From: an uncultured bacterium
GTDB taxonomy: Bacteria; Zhuqueibacterota; QNDG01; DSAB01
Direction: 5' to 3'
Assembly: GCA_964651045.1 (NCBI GenBank)
Contig: CAZYVD010000001.1
Coordinates: 87,144-151,143, forward strand
Length of the DNA stretch: 64,000 nucleotides
The translations under genes were made by a program, and so were the position numbers. Under the pieces are notes generated by a model. It worked only from the letters and a program-made list of their open reading frames with translations. It was not told the origin of the DNA and did not search any database. This document shows positions 57,884 through 64,000 of the stretch, one piece after another (positions within the stretch are counted from its first letter, which is position 1; every line of letters starts with the position of its first letter).

Positions 57884-60619
57884 TCATCTCAAATGCTTTT
57901 TCCTGTATTCTGAGGGCCTCATGCCAGCAAATTTTTTGAATGCTTTATTAAAAACAGATTTGGAATAGAATCCCGCATCAAACATTATCTCAAGGATTGA
58001 CTTCCCTCTGCAACCAGGATCAGAGAGTAACTTCATTGCCTCCTCTATTCTGTACCTATTGATAAAGTCGTTAAAGTTCAAACCAAAACGATCATTAATT
58101 ATATATGAAAGATAGTTGTAATGAATCCTTATCCTTTTTGACAGCATCTTAAGGGTAAGATCTGGATTTAAAAAAAGTTTTTCATCCTCCATTACTCTTT
58201 TAAGTTCTGCAACTGCCTCATCTATTCTCTCTTGTCCTAAAACACTCGATTTTTTTCTATCTCTAATTCTCCTTGTTTTTTCTTTATTATATATAAATAC
58301 AAAAAAGAATACAGCAAATAGAATCATAACGGATACGAAAACATAGATTATTATTTTTTTATTCTGTAGACTTGTTATCTTGAATTTATAGATTACCTGA
58401 TTGTCGCTCCAGACACCGCTGCTGTTTGCCGCCATTACAACGAATCTGTACTCACCAGGTTTGAGACCTGCATACCTTGCAATACGAGAAGAACCTGAAG
58501 GAAGATAGGTGAAATCGGAATCATACCCCTCGAGTTTGTATAAAAATTTTATCTTATCAGGAGCGGAAAAATCGAAGGCAGTAAAACGAAACTCGATCAT
58601 CTTCAATCCGCCAAGATTGTGATCGCTGCCATTCAAAACCTGAGGTTTGCCATCGACTAATACCTCGTCAATAACGACATCGGGCGGCAGCATCTTTCTG
58701 GTCAGTAAGAGCGGGTCAAATATTGAAATTCCCTTTATTGTGGGATAGTAAATCTTACCAGAAAAAGATGCCCAGCATGATGGCTTGCTATCACCAACAC
58801 ATTGAGAGCTTATCATTCCATCCGACTCGTTGTAATAGACAGATGTAATCAGGGGGACAAGCCCACGAGAATAATCATCAACATTTTTCATGTTTATCCA
58901 AAAAACGCCTCGATTACAGCTCATCCAGAGATTCCCAATCCTATCCTCAACAATGCTCAGAATATAATTACTGAAGAGTCCCTCCATCTCTGTATACAAC
59001 ACGAGATTCCCATTAAAAAATCTAAACAGTCCATTACCATTTGTTCCAATCCACACGACCCCATCACTATCTTCATAGAGAGAAATTACATCCACACCTT
59101 TGCAGATCTTTTCGAATCTATTGCCCTTATGCATATACAATCCATCTGCTGTACCGATAAAAATCCTTCCAATCCTGTCCTCGAGCAGCACATTAATTTC
59201 CTGGCTATCCAGATCTGGCTCCAACTCGATGCTGTGTATCTCTTGACCCTTGAGTATGTTTAATCCTTTATCTGTTCCTATCCAGTATGTTCCTCTTCTG
59301 TCTTTTATTACTGCAGATACATTATCCGATTTCAACCCATCCCTCTTTGAGATAACACTGATAACCCCATTCTCCATCCTGACCAGTCCACATTCAGTTC
59401 CTATCCAAAGAATTCGACCATCATCTTCATAGATTACTCCTATTTTATTGCTCGGCAGGCCACTTTCTTTATCAAATATATCCACAACCTCTCTGTTAAT
59501 AATTCTTAAAAGACCACTCTCCTTTGTTCCAATCCACAGAGATCCCTTGCTGTCCTCCAATATGGAATTAACGATTGTGTTTGAAAACTCTTCACTCATT
59601 GTGATATTTTCGACCGCTGCCTTCTCTATCCTGACAAGTCCCTCCCTAACAGTCGCAGCCCATATGTTGTGACTCCTATCTATTGCCATGGAGTTGATAT
59701 GAGACCTCATCAGAGTCGTATCGGATAGGAGATCAACAAATTCTCCGTGGTCTATCACTTTTATGCCACTGGAGATTGTTCCAATAAGAATCACGCCTGG
59801 TTTAAATTCCATTATAGATGATATCTGGAGCCATTTCTCAATATAGTGGGGGTCAACAAATTCCTCTCCCCTTCTGAGCACATAAAGGCCACCGAGCGTT
59901 CCTATCCATACATTTCCAACATTATCGCAGCAGATAGAAACAACCGACATGTTTGTGAGGCCATCCTCATATCCGTAGGCTCTTATTGTTCCATCGTCTA
60001 ATTTAGCAATTCCGCCTCTTAGAGTACCTATCCACAGATCGCCCCAGTTGTCTGTTGATAGTGATGTTATTATATTATCATACAATCCGTCATCTGTTGT
60101 ATAGTGTTTAAAACCCTCATCTGTCAGACAATTAAGCCCATAATCTGTTCCAACCCAAAGATTTCCCCACCAATCACCACTTATTGCTCTTATGTTGTTG
60201 TTTGTTAATCCATTCTCCGTTGTATATCTTTCCCATTTCTTATTTGCATAAGAGTAGAGGCCTCCGTCTCTTGTGCCGATCCAGAGAACACCTCTATAGT
60301 CTTCATATAGAGCCTGTATCTCTTCACTCTCAAGGATTGGAGTGTTTAATCTGTTAAATGTTTTAAACTCAACTCCATCAAAGCGTACCAGACCAGATGG
60401 AGTACCGATCCACATGTATCCAGCTTTTGTTATTATGACTGTGTTGAGGCTGTTTGCAGGAAGGCCATCCTCCACTCCCCACTTCTTAATCATATAGTCA
60501 TCAAAAATCTGCGTCCTATTCTTTGCAAAGAGTGAAGAGACCGATGTAGAAAAGAAGAGAAAAACAACAGAATGAGCAAAAACAGTTCTCTTAAAAAGGT
60601 TAAAATTTTTAAATATCAT
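57884..60619 (-). CDS. one-component sensor-regulator: periplasmic two-component-regulator-propeller + Y_Y_Y domain, single TM helix, C-terminal AraC-type HTH
   Basis: 911 aa with signal peptide, repeated beta-propeller blades (WIGT..GL motifs), [24 protein letters not shown], and AraC HTH at the C-terminus. No histidine-kinase or receiver domains. Confidence 0.7.
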   Translation of the reverse strand: MIFKNFNLFKRTVFAHSVVFLFFSTSVSSLFAKNRTQIFDDYMIKKWGVEDGLPANSLNTVIITKAGYMWIGTPSGLVRFDGVEFKTFNRLNTPILESEEIQALYEDYRGVLWIGTRDGGLYSYANKKWERYTTENGLTNNNIRAISGDWWGNLWVGTDYGLNCLTDEGFKHYTTDDGLYDNIITSLSTDNWGDLWIGTLRGGIAKLDDGTIRAYGYEDGLTNMSVVSICCDNVGNVWIGTLGGLYVLRRGEEFVDPHYIEKWLQISSIMEFKPGVILIGTISSGIKVIDHGEFVDLLSDTTLMRSHINSMAIDRSHNIWAATVREGLVRIEKAAVENITMSEEFSNTIVNSILEDSKGSLWIGTKESGLLRIINREVVDIFDKESGLPSNKIGVIYEDDGRILWIGTECGLVRMENGVISVISKRDGLKSDNVSAVIKDRRGTYWIGTDKGLNILKGQEIHSIELEPDLDSQEINVLLEDRIGRIFIGTADGLYMHKGNRFEKICKGVDVISLYEDSDGVVWIGTNGNGLFRFFNGNLVLYTEMEGLFSNYILSIVEDRIGNLWMSCNRGVFWINMKNVDDYSRGLVPLITSVYYNESDGMISSQCVGDSKPSCWASFSGKIYYPTIKGISIFDPLLLTRKMLPPDVVIDEVLVDGKPQVLNGSDHNLGGLKMIEFRFTAFDFSAPDKIKFLYKLEGYDSDFTYLPSGSSRIARYAGLKPGEYRFVVMAANSSGVWSDNQVIYKFKITSLQNKKIIIYVFVSVMILFAVFFFVFIYNKEKTRRIRDRKKSSVLGQERIDEAVAELKRVMEDEKLFLNPDLTLKMLSKRIRIHYNYLSYIINDRFGLNFNDFINRYRIEEAMKLLSDPGCRGKSILEIMFDAGFYSKSVFNKAFKKFAGMRPSEYRKKHLR

Positions 60620-62604
60620 TTCACAACTATTTCATCACAAAATATCCATGCCTTACCACCAGACCCTGGATGCCAATCAGGACATTTTCCTATGTTCTCT
60701 GCTATTACTTTTACATATCTGGCTTTAACATAAGATCCGATCTCTGCAGTAAACTCTTTTATCGATGCATAGGGATTTAGCCCTGCCCCTTTCTCTTTTC
60801 TGAATTTTTTGACTGTCCTGAAAGAGTCCCCATCCGCAGATAGGGCAATCTCTACCGACCGAGGAAAGAAAATCCAACTAATCTGGTCCTCAAGAAAACC
60901 ACAACTGATTTTTCGGATCTTCCTGACTCTGCCGAGATCAACAACTGCTTCAAGATCTATTCCCTCAAAACCCTGCCATAGACCATCCCGAAAATTCTTT
61001 GTGCCCCTCAAACCATTGATAAGTCCATTCTCTCCACCTCCTGGATAAGAAGGACTGTACATATTCTTTAAAACAATCTTCTTCCCAACAGCAAGATGGT
61101 GAACCTTTTCCCCAATCGATCTTTTGGAAACTCTTCCTGGTTCTCTTACATTCTTACCTGCCCGGCCTGTAAGGGTATCGCCAAGATCCTCACGGGCCCT
61201 TTCTGCTATCTTCTCGAGTCTCTCCACTACATCAGGATGTTCTGCAGACACATCCCTCCTCTCACCGACATCATTCTTAAGATCATACAACTCCAGGCCG
61301 CATTCCCCCCTTGCATATGCACCTGGATAACCGTTTTTTCCAGGTTCTACCCCACTGTATGATCTGTATTTATGAGGGAACACAAGCTTCCACCTCCCCT
61401 GACGAACCGCCCGCAACTGGCCACCATAATAATAGTAGTAGTACTTACGCGGATTGGCATTCCTATCACCTCTAAGAAGACTCACAATGCTAACACCATC
61501 TATCTTCTTCGCAGGTCGAGGTGCCCCTGCAAGCTCTACAATTGTCGGAAGTATGTCTATCGTAGCTGCCATCTTCCTGCATACAGATCCAGCCCTGATG
61601 TGGCTAGGCCACCACATTATACATGGGACCCTGGCTCCTCCCTCCCACATCGTTCCCTTTCCCTCCCGCAGAGGAAGTGCAGAACCTGCATGGTTTCCGA
61701 AATTGAGCCATGGACCATTGTCACTTGTAAAGATCACCAGAGTATTTTTTTCTAGTCCATATTTCCTGAGCGCCTCCAGGATCTTTCCGACAGACCAGTC
61801 AATTTCCATTATCACATCACCATAAAGACCCTGCCTGCTCTTTCCCTTAAATCTGTCGGAAACTCCAAGAGGCACATGAGGCATTGAATGGGGTAAATAG
61901 AGAAAAAATGGCCTCTCTTTATTCTTTTCAATAAAATCAATGGCCTTTTGTGTGTATAGCGTGGTCAGCTTTGCCTGATCCTCGAGAGTTCTGATCTCAC
62001 CCACCTTCTCATTATTTTCAATCAATGGCAGAGGCGGATAACGAAGCTTCCACGGTCTTGACCCTGGATTATCTGACGAAAGAGGTGTTCCATCAAAATC
62101 TACAGGCCACATGTCATTGGAATAGGGTAGACCAAAATATTCGTCGAATCCATGTTGTAGTGGAAGAAACTTTTTGTGGTGCCCAAGATGCCACTTGCCA
62201 AATATTGCTGTTTTGTATCCTCTCCTCTTCAATAGTTCGGCTATCGTCTCTTCATTTGAATTCAATCCAACCATTGACCATGAAGTTAGTGCACCCCTTA
62301 TTCCAACCCTTTCAGCATAACAACCAGTCAATAGTGAGGCACGAGACGCACTGCATACTGCCTCTGAAACATAGAAATCAGTAAACCTTACTCCTTCAGA
62401 GGCCATTCTGTCAAGATTCGGGGTCTCGAATCCTTTTGCACCATAACAGCCCGCATCACAATACCCCTGATCATCTGTAAATATTATTATGAAATTCGGC
62501 CCCCTTCTACCTCTGCATAAATAAAAAGGAGTGGTTATGCCAAATGCAATGCTGCTTAGTGCTGCTCTTCTCAACCACTCCCTTCTGGAAATTTCCATCT
62601 TCAT
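60616..62604 (-). CDS. sulfatase (formylglycine-dependent) with C-terminal F5/8 type C (discoidin) domain
   Basis: Tat signal [10 protein letters not shown]; sulfatase motif [11 protein letters not shown] (Cys-x-Ala-x-Arg variant); C-terminal ~150 aa discoidin-like domain. Confidence 0.8.
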   Translation of the reverse strand: MKMEISRREWLRRAALSSIAFGITTPFYLCRGRRGPNFIIIFTDDQGYCDAGCYGAKGFETPNLDRMASEGVRFTDFYVSEAVCSASRASLLTGCYAERVGIRGALTSWSMVGLNSNEETIAELLKRRGYKTAIFGKWHLGHHKKFLPLQHGFDEYFGLPYSNDMWPVDFDGTPLSSDNPGSRPWKLRYPPLPLIENNEKVGEIRTLEDQAKLTTLYTQKAIDFIEKNKERPFFLYLPHSMPHVPLGVSDRFKGKSRQGLYGDVIMEIDWSVGKILEALRKYGLEKNTLVIFTSDNGPWLNFGNHAGSALPLREGKGTMWEGGARVPCIMWWPSHIRAGSVCRKMAATIDILPTIVELAGAPRPAKKIDGVSIVSLLRGDRNANPRKYYYYYYGGQLRAVRQGRWKLVFPHKYRSYSGVEPGKNGYPGAYARGECGLELYDLKNDVGERRDVSAEHPDVVERLEKIAERAREDLGDTLTGRAGKNVREPGRVSKRSIGEKVHHLAVGKKIVLKNMYSPSYPGGGENGLINGLRGTKNFRDGLWQGFEGIDLEAVVDLGRVRKIRKISCGFLEDQISWIFFPRSVEIALSADGDSFRTVKKFRKEKGAGLNPYASIKEFTAEIGSYVKARYVKVIAENIGKCPDWHPGSGGKAWIFCDEIVVK

Positions 62605-63404
62605 TGTTGTTGCCTACTCTTATATATCTTTATACTACCATTTACAGTGCGCAGTTTTATCAGACTTCCACCACCATTTATTGAACCATTTATTCTCTTG
62701 CTGTTAAATTTCCCTTTTACCTGAAGCGGAAAATCTGTCGAAATTCCTCCATTCACAGTGGATGCTTCTACATCTGCCTGAATTTTATCAGGCAGACTCA
62801 ATTTAATCCCACCGTTTGTAGTAGATATAGAAACCTGAGCACCTCTGTTGAAACCAACCATCTCAACCCTAATGCCACCATTTGTAGTACGTGCATATAC
62901 AGAGCCTTTCAGATTCTCCGCATCAATAACTCCGTTTGTTGTCTTAAACTTTTGATCTCCTTCTACACCATCCACCACAACTCTGCCATTAACAGATTTC
63001 AAATCGAGGTTTACCTTACGAGGAACCAATACATTAAACCGAATAGTTACGTTTGGTCTTCTTCTCCCAAATATCCAATCAAGAATCGAATTTCCACCTC
63101 TGACTTTTGGATAATCGGGTTCAATCTCAAGATTCCTGCCCATTCGATTGACCACGATCTCAACCTGGTCTAAAAACTCTTTAGCATCTCTGGAGCTTCT
63201 AGATTTCACCTCGATCAGTGCCTCCACCCTTACAGAGTCTTTTTCCCAGACATCCACATTAATGCTTCCATTGATGCTCTTTATCGATACATTGCTTCCC
63301 TCAATAAAGTTAAATCCTTTTCTAAAATGTTTAGTAACTATTGATGCATTGACAAAACTAGCCCAAATTATGATAATCAAAAATACAAACAAACTTCTCT
63401 TCAT
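62601..63404 (-). CDS. DUF4097 (putative adhesin beta-helix) protein
   Basis: 267 aa with signal peptide and repeated GSI.V...G strands. Confidence 0.55.
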   Translation of the reverse strand: MKRSLFVFLIIIIWASFVNASIVTKHFRKGFNFIEGSNVSIKSINGSINVDVWEKDSVRVEALIEVKSRSSRDAKEFLDQVEIVVNRMGRNLEIEPDYPKVRGGNSILDWIFGRRRPNVTIRFNVLVPRKVNLDLKSVNGRVVVDGVEGDQKFKTTNGVIDAENLKGSVYARTTNGGIRVEMVGFNRGAQVSISTTNGGIKLSLPDKIQADVEASTVNGGISTDFPLQVKGKFNSKRINGSINGGGSLIKLRTVNGSIKIYKSRQQQ

Positions 63405-64000
63405 CGTCTTTTCTCCTCTATTTTTTGAATTGTTATTCCCCAGTGCAACCTATCCATAGGAGGATCTTCATTCCATCCATCAAATGAATGAGAACCATCT
63501 GTCTTATAATGAACATAGTATCTTCCTGAATCGAGCCGAACTATGCTATTTACCATCCTATTCTTTGCCGCACCACCGGCATGCTGAGTATTCTCATACC
63601 TCATCTCCCATACGATATTTCCAGAATCATCCTCAATCCAGCTATAATCGAACATTTCATTATCTTCGCCCTCGCCCAAAGAGTAGATCCTCAAGCTGTC
63701 AGGCCTTGATAATACGAGACTTTTTATTTTATGTTCTCTATTACCTACCCTGATGATTTGAAGGAGAATATCATCATCTCCTGGTTCACTATAGGGTTTA
63801 ATATATTCTGAAATGCTACCTGTATTCTCTATCAACAACCGCATACCCCACGAAGCTGGATCGTATGGAGGAGAACTATTCCACTGCAAATAGGAATGAG
63901 AACCATCGCTGGCATAATATACTAAATACTTTCCTGGTTTTAAGGTAATGATTCCATTGAACAGTCTGTTTTTGGCAGCTCCTCCTGCGTGAGAACTGGA
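63401..64000 (-). CDS. secreted protein with tandem ~130-aa repeats (N-terminal part beyond window)
   Basis: Nucleotide and peptide repeat: 63440-63600 is similar to 63890-64000 (HAGGAAKNR..V.Y..DGSHS..W). The reading frame stays open through the 63889 ATG to the window edge, so the ORF-track start is probably internal. Confidence 0.5.
   Translation of the reverse strand, partial: SSSHAGGAAKNRLFNGIITLKPGKYLVYYASDGSHSYLQWNSSPPYDPASWGMRLLIENTGSISEYIKPYSEPGDDDILLQIIRVGNREHKIKSLVLSRPDSLRIYSLGEGEDNEMFDYSWIEDDSGNIVWEMRYENTQHAGGAAKNRMVNSIVRLDSGRYYVHYKTDGSHSFDGWNEDPPMDRLHWGITIQKIEEKRR

Overview
Gene-dense, low-GC bacterial chromosome segment with nearly every gene on the minus strand and obvious Shine-Dalgarno sites. 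SusC/SusD, DUF5683, DUF4834 and a propeller/Y_Y_Y-AraC sensor suggest an FCB-superphylum anaerobe outside Bacteroidetes proper. Contents in transcription order: (i) an EPS locus (acyl ligase, ACP, FemAB/GNAT-like, AsnB-like, GT, WbaP-like sugar transferase, epimerase, BY-kinase, Wza) whose first four genes match the exosortase/PEP-CTERM accessory cassette; (ii) glgA, a YbgF-like TPR protein and lgt; (iii) the rodA-mrdA-mreDCB cell-shape operon; (iv) purH-purN-rimO; (v) a small inserted island with a HEPN/MNT pair and a decayed DUF559 endonuclease gene, bracketed by three copies of a ~150-260 bp hairpin-bearing repeat; (vi) a tightly overlapping operon purF - UbiA prenyltransferase - 2x[4Fe-4S] ferredoxin (below the ORF-track size cut-off) - geranylgeranyl reductase - CDP-alcohol phosphatidyltransferase - ftsY, which looks like an archaeal-type isoprenoid ether-lipid module; (vii) housekeeping genes (PHP, HD, RidA, dNK, folK); (viii) ATP-citrate lyase aclB-aclA directly downstream of two aconitase-family (LeuCD-type) gene sets; (ix) a SusC/SusD pair, an MBOAT/AlgJ-like pair, an IS200/IS605 tnpB remnant, dusB, rpmB, ompA, a one-component propeller-AraC sensor, a Cys-x-Ala-x-Arg sulfatase, and a DUF4097 protein plus a repeat protein running off the window. 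Several rho-independent terminators and one consensus sigma70 promoter (rpmB) are visible. The repeat-bracketed HEPN/MNT island and the archaeal-type lipid operon are the most unusual parts.
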